A stretch of 64,000 bases of DNA from a virus, in the IMG/VR virus record IMGVR_UViG_3300042389_001027, positions 64,619 through 128,618 of that record; one strand, given 5' to 3'. The notes under the pieces were generated by a model. That model ran no database searches. It had not been told where the DNA came from and was given only the letters and a program-made list of their open reading frames with translations. Every line of letters starts with the position of its first letter. The first letter of the stretch is position 1. Both the position numbers and the translations under genes were made by a program. Below, piece after piece: positions 1 to 10,013 of the stretch.

Positions 1-2
1 AT

Positions 3-605
3 GGTTCATCCATTGTTATTGGAGTGACCCCGTCGTCAAATGTCTACACCATGGCACGAGACGTGTATTTTTACAATCTCACCATAAATTCTGGAGTTCG
101 CCTAAATCCAAACGGATATCGGGTATTTGTCAAGAATCAGTTAACACTCGGGAGTAGCGCAACAATCGGTTATACGACAGGTTTTGCTTCTGCTGGCTCT
201 ATTCAGCAAGGTGCCCCAGCAAACACTTCAGTTACGCATAGTCTTGGCGGGCAATCGCAAACAGCAACACGCACAACACCAATTGCTTCGCTCGGTGGTT
301 CCGAATACTTTCAACAACCATTACAAGCAATAGATGGATTCTCCATTACTGCTTCTGGCGGACCGACATTTTTGCGCGGTGGTGCTGGAGGCGTAGGTCA
401 GGCAGGCGGAGGGGTAGTAATTCTTGCTGCACGCTATATCTCTGGACCAACATCTGGAAGCGCAACAATTTCTGCCAAAGCAACATCGCCTGCTGGTGGA
501 GGGGTAATCCTTATTGTTTCATCTGGGGCTGCACTTCCCGCAACTGTAACAACGGACGTAACTGGGTTCGCGGCTGGCACAGTTAACTACATGCAGTTGG
601 TCTGA
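3..605 (+). CDS. Gly-rich tail/fibre-associated protein, 5'-truncated by the window edge
   Basis: Frame open from the window start; shares the motif RDVYFYNLTI..LNPNGYRVFVKN and the GGGGVVIL C-terminus with the next ORF. Confidence 0.7.
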   Translation, partial: GSSIVIGVTPSSNVYTMARDVYFYNLTINSGVRLNPNGYRVFVKNQLTLGSSATIGYTTGFASAGSIQQGAPANTSVTHSLGGQSQTATRTTPIASLGGSEYFQQPLQAIDGFSITASGGPTFLRGGAGGVGQAGGGVVILAARYISGPTSGSATISAKATSPAGGGVILIVSSGAALPATVTTDVTGFAAGTVNYMQLV

Positions 606-606
606 G

Positions 607-2487
607 ATGGCTGCTGTTGAGCGATACGGAACTCCAAGTCCAGTCCAGAGGGCTGGCAATGACTCGGTATATGGTAGTGGCGCATTAGGTAATGTCACCC
701 TAAGTGCTGGGGAAACAGTCATGTCGCAAGATATGTACTACAACAATCTCACTGTCCCATTTGGCTCGTTTCTGAACACGAATGGGTTTCGTGTTTTTGT
801 TAAAAATACTTTGACATTAAATGGAATTATAGGCATTGCTACTAGTTCTGGTGTTCTTGCTCTTGAACCATCTCCTGTTGCTACTGGGACAGTTGCTGGC
901 ACTACATCAAGTAACGCTATTACATACCGCATTGGCGGAAAAAGCGGTGGTGCGACAGCGGATGGTACCAGTCTTATCCCCACAGGAATTTTATATTCGC
1001 TGGATGTGGCTACAAAAGGTTTGTTTATTGACCCAAACGACAACCAGCCCAAACGGCTAATTGGCGGTGCTGCTGGTACAACTGGCAGTCAGGGAACAAC
1101 CTTCCCTGCGCTGACCAATACCGATACATGGTCTGGTAAAACTGCTCCGACATCATGGCCGAGCCAATCAGGGAACCCTGGTTCTGCAGGGAACCCTGGT
1201 GGCGCTGGAGGAGCAGGTGGAGCAGGGAACCTAGGTGGTCTAGGAGGGCACCCCCCACATGCTCATACTGTTGGAGTGCCTGGTGGTAGAGGGAATGCAG
1301 GCAACTCTGGAAATCCTGGTGGCGCAGGAAATCCTGGTGGCGCAGGGAACCCGGGCAACCCCGGCACTGTTGGCAACCCCGGCACGGCGACTGGTGCCAA
1401 TCCGAGTGTTGGTGGCGCTGGGGGTTCGGGCGGGCAAGGTGGCGGGGTAGTCCTAGTTGTAGCAAAAACTATTACTGGAACTGGAACTATTCTTTCATTA
1501 GGTATTTCTGGAACATCGGGTAGTTCTGGGACTACTGGTACTGGAGGTACGGCAGGGAACCCTGGTTCTGCTGGCAATACTGGCACCACTGGTACTACAG
1601 GCAATTTTGGTACTCTAGGCACTACAGGTAATCCTGGCAATACGATGCCTCATCGGTCAGACAATCCCACCCACGCCCATCACCGAGTTTCATCTGGTCA
1701 TACAAATTCACAGAACGGCGGCGGAGGGGGCGGTCATGATTCGGAACCAGGCAACGGTCCGCAAGTTCACCACGCTCACCTGAGTCAAGATAGGCACGAG
1801 CAGCATCGTGGTTCGCGACTTCATTTCCATATGCCTCACGGCGGGAACACTGTAGGTCATAACCCGCCTGTCGTTACAAGCAACAAGCCATTAACGCACG
1901 GTCCTGGAACCGTTTTTCACAATCCTGCACACATTCACCATGCAGGACATACTCACAACCCTCACCATGATGCACCCCATGGGCATAACCACCATACGCA
2001 TAACGACCATGGTGGCAGTTCTCACGGTCCTCACCATTTTGGTCCTCATCACGGTGCAGCAAACGGGCAAGGCAATGGCGGGTCGCACGCCTACTACTAT
2101 TGGGCTGGACACCACGGAATTCAGCATGCGGGCGGTCCTCATTACCATGCCGCTGCAGGCAAACATATTGGCTCCCCGCACACGCATACCCACTATGCGG
2201 GGGGTGCTGGAGGTACTGGAGGTGCTGCGGGTAATGCTGGCGCTCCGGGGACTGGCGGTTTGGGGGGAAATGCTGGAGTCGCTGGACCAGGTGGACTTGC
2301 AGCACCCGCACAACCGCAGGGCGGCACAGGTAAACGCGGTGGGGCGGGTGGAGGAGGCGGTATCATTGTGGTTACCGACAACACATCGCTAGGAAGTGTT
2401 AATACTAGTGTCGCTGCTGGTTTGACTGCTGACTCAGATTTCAATACAGCCTCATCAGGGTTTGTATACTTAATTCAGAACACTTAG
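607..2487 (+). CDS. Gly-rich (Gly-X-Y/polyglycine) tail fibre or adhesin-like protein with a His-rich central segment
   Basis: 626 aa; GNP/GGA triplet runs flank a ~190-aa His-rich block; lies in a structural-type operon. Confidence 0.7.
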   Translation: MAAVERYGTPSPVQRAGNDSVYGSGALGNVTLSAGETVMSQDMYYNNLTVPFGSFLNTNGFRVFVKNTLTLNGIIGIATSSGVLALEPSPVATGTVAGTTSSNAITYRIGGKSGGATADGTSLIPTGILYSLDVATKGLFIDPNDNQPKRLIGGAAGTTGSQGTTFPALTNTDTWSGKTAPTSWPSQSGNPGSAGNPGGAGGAGGAGNLGGLGGHPPHAHTVGVPGGRGNAGNSGNPGGAGNPGGAGNPGNPGTVGNPGTATGANPSVGGAGGSGGQGGGVVLVVAKTITGTGTILSLGISGTSGSSGTTGTGGTAGNPGSAGNTGTTGTTGNFGTLGTTGNPGNTMPHRSDNPTHAHHRVSSGHTNSQNGGGGGGHDSEPGNGPQVHHAHLSQDRHEQHRGSRLHFHMPHGGNTVGHNPPVVTSNKPLTHGPGTVFHNPAHIHHAGHTHNPHHDAPHGHNHHTHNDHGGSSHGPHHFGPHHGAANGQGNGGSHAYYYWAGHHGIQHAGGPHYHAAAGKHIGSPHTHTHYAGGAGGTGGAAGNAGAPGTGGLGGNAGVAGPGGLAAPAQPQGGTGKRGGAGGGGGIIVVTDNTSLGSVNTSVAAGLTADSDFNTASSGFVYLIQNT

Positions 2488-2495
2488 GAGACAAA

Positions 2496-2738
2496 ATGCC
2501 TTTATTTGATGAAATTGACAAAAAACAGCGGTTGCAGATTCTTCGCGGAACGTATAAATCTTTGGAAATTGAACTTTTTGAAGTTTTAACGCGCCTTGGA
2601 GTTGACGCTGATGAATACGCATTTGGCGAAAATCCTGAATTTGCTGAATCTGTAGATAACTGGAACAAGCGTCGCGTTATTGAGTTAGAAACAACCTTGG
2701 CTACAATTAAGGCAAAAATTGACGCATTGGAAGCATAA
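2496..2738 (+). CDS. Small coiled-coil hypothetical protein (possible fibre chaperone)
   Basis: AGGAG RBS; 80 aa; C-terminal heptads. Confidence 0.7.
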   Translation: MPLFDEIDKKQRLQILRGTYKSLEIELFEVLTRLGVDADEYAFGENPEFAESVDNWNKRRVIELETTLATIKAKIDALEA

Positions 2739-2741
2739 ATA

Positions 2742-3161
2742 ATGCAAAGAGTGTTTTACGTTCCTGCATCAATGACTATTAGTACTGAACTGAGCGAACA
2801 AGCAGAATCGCTCGGTCTTTCTGTGATGCATGGGGAAAGTGCTCTATCACGCTACGTTGAATTTGACCGCGATGTAGCGCAGGCTATTTCTTTGCCTTCA
2901 GAAAAAATATGTCTTTTCTTTAATGAAGTTTCAATCATGCTTCACCAAAGCATTGAAGTAACTAATGATTTTGTTGATATGCGCGACGGTGTAACTCTAG
3001 TTTTGAACGGCTCAAAAATTATTGACCCGCTGATACTAGAAAAACACTATGCACGCTATGCGATTGAATGCACTGGGTACGGTGTTCAAGTGTTTGACAT
3101 ATTTGATAAATCTATGCGAGTATTGGAGCACGGTGAGTACTATGTCGTTAACCCTGAGTAA
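2742..3161 (+). CDS. Hypothetical protein
   Basis: 139-aa ORF tightly packed in the operon. Confidence 0.65.
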   Translation: MQRVFYVPASMTISTELSEQAESLGLSVMHGESALSRYVEFDRDVAQAISLPSEKICLFFNEVSIMLHQSIEVTNDFVDMRDGVTLVLNGSKIIDPLILEKHYARYAIECTGYGVQVFDIFDKSMRVLEHGEYYVVNPE

Positions 3162-3729
3162 GCCAGCCCCCTGCATTTTTGTTTATGAAAACGCTCTCAA
3201 AGATGGCGAAAAGTTTATTTCTATGCTTGAAGAGCAGACTAATGACGAGTGGTCGCCGTTGTCATGGGATTATTCAAAAACTGGAAGTGGCACTGTTAGT
3301 GAATATCGTTCATCGCGCATATGTTCACTAATAGACATTACGCAACCTTGCCCCAGTACGCCTATTTCTGATTTGTTGAACAAATCCATTCTCAAAGACA
3401 TAGAAACATGTCTTACCGACTATACGACCTACCATGGGATTGCTGCGCTTGTTGGCAATGAAGGTTGGATTGTCCTGAAATACGAAGGGCACGCTCAGTA
3501 CCGTACGCACTGGGACCACGCACCAGACAACACCAGAACTCTATCAATAGTTGCATTCCCTTATTCAACAGCAGAAGTTGGTGGAGAATTGACATTCCCT
3601 CATTTTGGGACAACGATTAAACCAAAAACAGGTTCAGTGATTATATTTCCATCAAACTTCCCTTATACGCACACGGCACACCCTGTTGAAGATGGTATTA
3701 AATATTCATTGGTTACATGGTTGAGGTAG
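3142..3729 (+). CDS. 2OG-Fe(II) oxygenase (prolyl-hydroxylase-like)
   Basis: HWD...GGELTF...IFPSNFPYTH...KYSLVTW motifs. Confidence 0.9.
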   Translation: MSLTLSKPAPCIFVYENALKDGEKFISMLEEQTNDEWSPLSWDYSKTGSGTVSEYRSSRICSLIDITQPCPSTPISDLLNKSILKDIETCLTDYTTYHGIAALVGNEGWIVLKYEGHAQYRTHWDHAPDNTRTLSIVAFPYSTAEVGGELTFPHFGTTIKPKTGSVIIFPSNFPYTHTAHPVEDGIKYSLVTWLR

Positions 3730-3731
3730 CG

Positions 3732-3992
3732 ATGACTGACCCAGATTTACCAACCGATAAATTCGCATGGCTTGGCACCCCGCTTCCGCCAGATGGTATT
3801 GCCGCCCCTGAGGACAATCCAGTACCAATAGTCAGAGAGATATTGCCACCCAACCAAGTAACAGGGGCGGACGAAGGTCTTGGCATATTCAGGTGGCTGA
3901 TGGCAGACGAGAATGAACGCCAAGAAACATTGTCAGGGTGTAGATTGCTTGACAACTTCGTTTACATGGAAATACCAAAGGAAGACGACTGA
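3732..3992 (+). CDS. Hypothetical protein
   Basis: GAGG RBS; operon packing. Confidence 0.6.
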   Translation: MTDPDLPTDKFAWLGTPLPPDGIAAPEDNPVPIVREILPPNQVTGADEGLGIFRWLMADENERQETLSGCRLLDNFVYMEIPKEDD

Positions 3993-4219
3993 TGGCTATA
4001 GCATTTGACTACTCTGATAGTAATAATCATATTTTGGCTTTGACAGCGCAGGTTAAAACATTAATTGATGTTGACTATGATTCCGTTGATGCCACTAACG
4101 TTGAAGCATTCAGAGTTGCCGCAAAGGCACTGAATGAACCAGTGCGTAGCAAACTTCTCCATATGCTGAACTTCATTGTTTTTAATAGCCAAGTAAATAG
4201 CGTGTATGGAGATGAATGA
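3992..4219 (+). CDS. Hypothetical protein
   Basis: TGATG coupling with the upstream gene. Confidence 0.6.
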   Translation: MAIAFDYSDSNNHILALTAQVKTLIDVDYDSVDATNVEAFRVAAKALNEPVRSKLLHMLNFIVFNSQVNSVYGDE

Positions 4220-4962
4220 TGAGCGAAATTAATATTGTTACAGTCGGCAACGCGACACATCGCGTGAGTTCATTTTCTTGCCCTCCACAGTTGCCTTCTA
4301 TTGTTGAGTTTAAAGATTTCAGCCGTTCTATCTATGCTCGCTTAACGGAATCAGATAAATTTGATTTACGTACTTCTTCGCGTTCTGAAGAGTTTCTTGC
4401 TTATGGCTTAGTCGGAGCCCCTGGTGGGGAAGATATTGCTCCAGTCGTTTGGAGTTCTCATGGGCAAGCAGAAATGTATGGACGTTTATGTGGCGCAAAG
4501 AACGTTTTTATACATAGTGTTCCGTACGCTATTTATTTTGCGGCTCACAACTATGAGAATGTTTATGTTTTAAATTGTGCATCAACACTCATTGCAGGTT
4601 CGCACGATACGGCAAGCGATGCCGAAATCACAAACGTGACCACGCTTTCATGGGATAATGCCTATAACAACATGCCCGAACTGGATATGGCTATCGTGAT
4701 GTATTCACACATCTGTGCTGATGATTCGTTATTTGATGCAATCATGAACGCGATGAAGCCAAATGGCGTAGTTGTTATCCATAACTCAAGCAACGGTGGC
4801 GCACTCTATGAGGTACTTGGGGACAAGAAGCCTTTAGACATGGCTGCAGAAGTTTCCCTTTCCGCCTTGCTACACAAAAAAATTCTTGAAAGGGGCGATT
4901 TTTTGACGCAACATTTTCAGGGCTGGGTCTCCCACACTGTATGCGTTAAACTGCCATCATGA
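4216..4962 (+). CDS. Hypothetical protein, possible SAM-methyltransferase-like fold
   Basis: DMAIV...AMKPNGVVVIHN resembles the C-terminal strands of class I MTases; no clear GxGxG. Confidence 0.5.
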   Translation: MMSEINIVTVGNATHRVSSFSCPPQLPSIVEFKDFSRSIYARLTESDKFDLRTSSRSEEFLAYGLVGAPGGEDIAPVVWSSHGQAEMYGRLCGAKNVFIHSVPYAIYFAAHNYENVYVLNCASTLIAGSHDTASDAEITNVTTLSWDNAYNNMPELDMAIVMYSHICADDSLFDAIMNAMKPNGVVVIHNSSNGGALYEVLGDKKPLDMAAEVSLSALLHKKILERGDFLTQHFQGWVSHTVCVKLPS

Positions 4963-6449
4963 ATAAGGAACATCAACCTATCAGTTTTGGGATTGTCGGC
5001 TCTGGAACAGCAGGGCTGATTTCCGCAATCATGCTACGACAGGCTTTTCCCCTGTCTAAAGTAACCATTGTTTCTTCAAGTACCATTGGGATAGTTGGTG
5101 TTGGGGAGGGAAGCACTGAACATTGGCGCGAATTTATGAATTTGTGCGACATCCCACTTGAGCAAATGTTGGTCAAAACTGCTGCTACACACAAATATGG
5201 AATTCGTTTTGAGGGTTGGTCTGGCGCTTTCCCTAATTATTTTCATAGCGTTTCTGGCGATGAAGCAATTTATGGGTGGGGGCACTACCCAACATATGCT
5301 GGCATTTTTGAAAATGGGGACTCATTAACAAGCCAAACCAGCAGTATTGGTTTAGTGCAGAACAAAATTAAGCGCGAAAACCTACATTCAAACACTAACC
5401 AATACCATTTTGACACTTTCAAACTCAATAACTATTTTACTGAATTATGTTTCAGGCGCTCTGTAAAAATGATTGATGGGCAAGTCGCAGACATCACGCG
5501 AAATACTGAAACAGGAAATATCTCCAGCGTAATTCTTGATACTGGAAGTTCAGTAGAAGCAGATTTTTGGATTGACGCTAGTGGCTTCGCTCGTGTATTG
5601 ATGAAAAAACTGGATGCTTCCAACTGGAACTCATTCTCCGACTATCTTCTTGTTGACTCAGCGATAGCCGCACCATCAGAATCATGGGCAGAAGGAATAC
5701 GTCCATACACAAGGGCTATTGCCAAAGATTCTGGCTGGATTTGGGAAATCCCAACACAAGAGCGGCGCGGTAACGGGTATGTGTACTCATCACAGTTTGT
5801 TTCCGATGATGAGGCTATTGCAACATTAGAGAAGCAAATCGGACCACTGTCTGTTTCGCCAAGAAGTTTCAAATTTGATGCAGGTCATGTCAAAGAGGTT
5901 TGGGTTAAAAATTGCATGGCTATCGGTTTGGCTGCTGCTTTTGTTGAGCCATTGGAAGCGACTTCAATCGGCAGCACTATTCAGCAGATGAAATATGCTA
6001 TTCCGTATTTTGCATCTTTTGAACAAACCCACACAGCATCACAGAAGCATTACAACAAGTTATTCACAAGAATGATGGACAATATCTTAACAATGATTCG
6101 TCTCCACTACATCTCGGATAGACGGGATACGCCATTCTGGGTTGCTTGTTCGGAAATGAAAATTAACGATTCACTTCAGGAACTTCTTGACCTTTGGCAG
6201 GAAAGAGTTCCATGCCGAAATGACGTCGGGGGCATCAATGGGGAAATGTTCCATGCGCCTCATCTGTTTCACGTGGCTCAAGGGCAAGGCGTACTGAATG
6301 CAAAGTCCGCAACGTTGATGATTGACAATTTTAATCTTCGCAAGCAGGTTGAGTTAGATATCTCCAACCGTCGTCATGCTCGTTTCAATCATGAGTTGGT
6401 TGACCATCGTGAGTCACTAAATATGCAATTTGAGGATGAAATACTTTGA
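4959..6449 (+). CDS. Flavin-dependent halogenase (tryptophan halogenase family)
   Basis: GSGTAG FAD motif, VGEGS, ATHKYGIRF (catalytic Lys), GWIWEIP (WxWxIP), FVEPLEATSI. Confidence 0.92.
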   Translation: MNKEHQPISFGIVGSGTAGLISAIMLRQAFPLSKVTIVSSSTIGIVGVGEGSTEHWREFMNLCDIPLEQMLVKTAATHKYGIRFEGWSGAFPNYFHSVSGDEAIYGWGHYPTYAGIFENGDSLTSQTSSIGLVQNKIKRENLHSNTNQYHFDTFKLNNYFTELCFRRSVKMIDGQVADITRNTETGNISSVILDTGSSVEADFWIDASGFARVLMKKLDASNWNSFSDYLLVDSAIAAPSESWAEGIRPYTRAIAKDSGWIWEIPTQERRGNGYVYSSQFVSDDEAIATLEKQIGPLSVSPRSFKFDAGHVKEVWVKNCMAIGLAAAFVEPLEATSIGSTIQQMKYAIPYFASFEQTHTASQKHYNKLFTRMMDNILTMIRLHYISDRRDTPFWVACSEMKINDSLQELLDLWQERVPCRNDVGGINGEMFHAPHLFHVAQGQGVLNAKSATLMIDNFNLRKQVELDISNRRHARFNHELVDHRESLNMQFEDEIL

Positions 6450-7258
6450 GTTTACGGAAAATTGAAAAGTACAGCGATATCAAGGTTCCTGAAGGCAAAA
6501 TTGTTATCGTTCCTTGGGATAATCGTCTTTTAGAACTTCCCCCATACACAAACGATAGGGCTCCTCTTCCTCAGTGGATTAAGGACGCCCCCACCACACA
6601 AGGTTCAATTAGGCGATGTGCGGCGACAATGGATTATGTCTCTTCTGGCATCACAATCCCTGCGTGGACTAATTTTCGCTTCAATAAAATTGAAGGTGAA
6701 GATTCATGGGGTTTTTCTTGTGACCAGTTTGATGGGCATGGAACAAATGGGTTTGAGCATTTCACGAATCAGCCGTTTGCTTTTGAGCAAACAGGCTCGT
6801 GCCCTATGACTAAGGTACGAGCAATGGAGAATGTTGGTTACCCAAAGTTAGTTAACCCATTCAGAATCATTACTGCACCAGGATGGTCAACGATGATTTT
6901 GCCAGTTCTTTACGAACCATCGCCACATTATTCCGTTTTACCAGGAATCGTGAATACTGACTATTATCATGAATCAAACTGTGTACTTAATTTGATTGGC
7001 AAAGAGTCGTTCACTATTCCATGGGGTGCACCTTTGATGCATCTAATCCCAGTAAAAAGAAGCACGCTTGCGCACAGTGTTGAATTTCTTGACGAAAGTG
7101 CATTCAAGTATGTGATTGGTCGCGGATTTGGTTCTGGTGCCCTGAAACCCACTGGTAATGGCTGGTCTTCTAGCCGTCTTTATCGTGCGTACAGATTTAG
7201 GCGTGATGCAGAACTTGCTGAAGATAGCAAGAAAACAACGTGGTGGAAAACTAAATGA
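6446..7258 (+). CDS. Hypothetical phage protein (dUTPase-like beta fold, DUF6065-like)
   Basis: IRRC...TAPGWS...LPGIVNTDYY...GAPLMHLIP pattern typical of phage oxygenase clusters. Confidence 0.6.
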   Translation: MSLRKIEKYSDIKVPEGKIVIVPWDNRLLELPPYTNDRAPLPQWIKDAPTTQGSIRRCAATMDYVSSGITIPAWTNFRFNKIEGEDSWGFSCDQFDGHGTNGFEHFTNQPFAFEQTGSCPMTKVRAMENVGYPKLVNPFRIITAPGWSTMILPVLYEPSPHYSVLPGIVNTDYYHESNCVLNLIGKESFTIPWGAPLMHLIPVKRSTLAHSVEFLDESAFKYVIGRGFGSGALKPTGNGWSSSRLYRAYRFRRDAELAEDSKKTTWWKTK

Positions 7259-7950
7259 TTTTCCCTGCTGGCATCGGTGGCGGTATCGGTTACAAAGACA
7301 ATGTTTTAAGTGATGCGCTATGTGCTGACATTGTTGAGTACGCAGAAACGCACAGCAACATGATGTACGAGGGTCCGACTCTTGGGGGACTCAACAAGCA
7401 GATAAAGAATTGCTACGATTTTTCTTTGTCCTATTATAGCGACTATGCAGAAAACGATGAACAACGCAACGAATTAGCAAATTTCAACAATCTAGTATTT
7501 GACTCTTTTTCGCCTGCGTTAGAAGAATACTGTTCCTATTACGAGGGCTTGGAGCATTGGACAACAAGGTACGACACGGGGTATCAGTTTCAAAAATACC
7601 CAGCCAACGAAGGGTTTTACAAACCTCATTGTGATGGTGGCGTGTATCTGACAGGCTCCACTGCCACAAGAGTTCTCGGTGTCGTTATGTACCTAAATAC
7701 TGTGCCTAAGGGCGGCGGAACTAATTTCCCACTACATGATGTCACTATTGATGCGGTATGCGGACGTATTTCTTTCTTTCCAGCGAACTTCACTCATCCC
7801 CATGCTGGATTGATGCCTCTTTCTTCCCCCAAGTACATCATCAGTACCTTCTGTTACACTTTGCCAACCGCCCCCAGTGTTGATGAGGCAGTAAATAAAC
7901 TTTCCTTGAATTATGTTGAGGAAGTCAGCAAAACAGATGATGAAATCTAA
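7255..7950 (+). CDS. 2OG-Fe(II) oxygenase (prolyl-hydroxylase-like)
   Basis: PHCD...MYLNTV..GGGT.F...FFPANFTHPH...KYI. Confidence 0.9.
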   Translation: MIFPAGIGGGIGYKDNVLSDALCADIVEYAETHSNMMYEGPTLGGLNKQIKNCYDFSLSYYSDYAENDEQRNELANFNNLVFDSFSPALEEYCSYYEGLEHWTTRYDTGYQFQKYPANEGFYKPHCDGGVYLTGSTATRVLGVVMYLNTVPKGGGTNFPLHDVTIDAVCGRISFFPANFTHPHAGLMPLSSPKYIISTFCYTLPTAPSVDEAVNKLSLNYVEEVSKTDDEI

Positions 7951-7992
7951 TTTCAACTCTTTACAACATACACACAACTACGGAGTGATAAA

Positions 7993-8175
7993 ATGACTGA
8001 GCAAGTAAACCCACAACTCATTATTGATGAACTGGTCAAGCGAGTACAATCGCTAACAATTGAGAACGTTGTCCTGTCAGCAAAGGTGCAAACATTGACA
8101 GACATTGTCAATGCTCTCAACCATTCACATGATGACGAGATGGTTTCAGTAATCGGAGAACCAACGGAGGAATAA
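7993..8175 (+). CDS. Small coiled-coil hypothetical protein
   Basis: GGAG RBS; 60 aa. Confidence 0.65.
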   Translation: MTEQVNPQLIIDELVKRVQSLTIENVVLSAKVQTLTDIVNALNHSHDDEMVSVIGEPTEE

Positions 8176-8178
8176 CAG

Positions 8179-9960
8179 ATGCCCGGTGCAAACGTATTTG
8201 CCTACGATGGCACTGGGTATAAGCCGACCGACCGCTCTCAGAGTGCTGGTATCTTCGCAAGAGGAGCATCTCTGTCGGGTGTTATCTATGTCTACCAGTT
8301 GTCTAAGCCTGCATCAGTTACTGTCGCGACACAGATTTGGCAGGGATTCCCTCCCACGCCAAGCCAAGTTACATTCTCACATGGAACTACAGGCACAGCA
8401 CCGAACTCCACCAACAGAACCACTATCTCATGGACATGTGACAGCAGTGCGCTTTTGTCCAAATTTGAGATATACCAAAAAGTTGGAACTGGTTCTTTCG
8501 TGGCGCTTTCCACAACAATCGGTTCAGGAGTTCGTAGTTATGCAGTTGATTCCCATGCCGCAGGTACGTTGTATACCTACTATGTTCGCGCCGTAGGAAT
8601 ATCTGGGTTAACCAGAAACGGTGCAGAAAACTCTTTCACTCTATCTGCACCAACCTTGACTGGCGTGTCGCTCGCTGAACTATCTAAAACATCTTCGTCT
8701 GCTACATGGAGACTTACTGTTCCTGCTGGAACATTTCAGAAAGTTGACTGGTATCGGTCAACGGATGGCAGCACATTTGCATACAGCACTTCAACAACAA
8801 TTGGTTCATCAGCAACATTCGTTGACCATACTTGGTCAAGTATTTCGGAGCGGACAACACGTTGGGTGAGGGCTGTTTTAACCAACTACAGCAACCACGC
8901 CACTGGCAATACTTCATCGGCAGCAATCACAACAATAAACCAACCACCTGGCGCCCCATCAATCAGTAGTGCTTCCGCAGTTTCCGAATCAGACCCTGGT
9001 GTTGGCGGTGGGTACGGTACAACGGGGGAAGTACGTAAGCGAGTGAATGTTGCTTATTCGCTTGCAGGAGATAGCGATTACAAAAACCATACTCTTTATG
9101 TTTACGGCGACAATGGTGCTGGAACTGGACCGAGCGGATATGTAACCGAAATTACCCGCACGGATGGAGCCAACCGTACGGAAACTGTTACTGGTCTCAT
9201 GCCGAGCACTCGCTATTGGTTCCTTTTGCGCCAACGCGACAACAACAGTGGTGAAACAGATAACTCTCAAGGTTGGCAAACGGCGGTCACTCAAGCAGTA
9301 ATTTCACGTAGCCAACAAAATGCGTATACGTATTACAGCGCAAGTGGCGTGGTGGATGGAACGGCAGACGGTAACTATCTCGTTGACTCTGTATCAACAG
9401 TCCCTAGTGAAAGTACGTACTCTTCTCATTCACGTATGTACGACAATGACACTGGTAACTTTTGGGTATCTGGCACTACTAACACTGTCGGTTCCCCAGA
9501 CCCTGGTGGTATTGTCCGTATTCGTTTTGAAATGAGCGACGCGCGAGACAATTTTTGGGATTACTACATTCGCGGATTCAACTTCTATTTACCGCAGTCA
9601 CACAACACAGCGATTCAAGTTCGCGCAGGAACTGGTGGGGCATGGCTTGGCTCCGCAGTGAACTCTTCACTCACGGGAAACAGCGACCCATATCTGTATG
9701 ATGCAGTTAACCCTTCTTCTGGTCAAGAAATTGTTGACTGGAGTGTTTACGTCGGCGTAGACGACCCTACTTTCCGTGTTCATAATGGTGGAACTAACGG
9801 CGGAACCGCATATTTTGCGGCTCGTTTCTGTTTACGAAACATGAGAGCATATTCAGGTTCTTCTGTTTTGAGGGCTGGGTTCTCGGAATTGCAAGGCGTC
9901 TATGTTAAGTACCGCACAAGAGTTTCCAACTATGTTGCGGAGACTTACAGGTACTATTAA
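8179..9960 (+). CDS. Fibronectin type III repeat protein (tail/receptor-binding-like)
   Basis: FN3 signatures YTYYVRAV and TGLMPSTRYWFLLR; S/T/G-rich beta composition. Confidence 0.75.
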   Translation: MPGANVFAYDGTGYKPTDRSQSAGIFARGASLSGVIYVYQLSKPASVTVATQIWQGFPPTPSQVTFSHGTTGTAPNSTNRTTISWTCDSSALLSKFEIYQKVGTGSFVALSTTIGSGVRSYAVDSHAAGTLYTYYVRAVGISGLTRNGAENSFTLSAPTLTGVSLAELSKTSSSATWRLTVPAGTFQKVDWYRSTDGSTFAYSTSTTIGSSATFVDHTWSSISERTTRWVRAVLTNYSNHATGNTSSAAITTINQPPGAPSISSASAVSESDPGVGGGYGTTGEVRKRVNVAYSLAGDSDYKNHTLYVYGDNGAGTGPSGYVTEITRTDGANRTETVTGLMPSTRYWFLLRQRDNNSGETDNSQGWQTAVTQAVISRSQQNAYTYYSASGVVDGTADGNYLVDSVSTVPSESTYSSHSRMYDNDTGNFWVSGTTNTVGSPDPGGIVRIRFEMSDARDNFWDYYIRGFNFYLPQSHNTAIQVRAGTGGAWLGSAVNSSLTGNSDPYLYDAVNPSSGQEIVDWSVYVGVDDPTFRVHNGGTNGGTAYFAARFCLRNMRAYSGSSVLRAGFSELQGVYVKYRTRVSNYVAETYRYY

Positions 9961-10013
9961 ATCACTCCCAAATAAATAGTTTTATTCCTGCTACACTATA
10001 GTGGAGGTGTAGC

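Noticed and set aside
1160-1640. GGNAAYCCNGG DNA repeats as DGR template/variable repeats
   Set aside because: They are coding Gly-Asn-Pro triplets with synonymous variation; no adenine-specific paired repeat or reverse transcriptase was seen.
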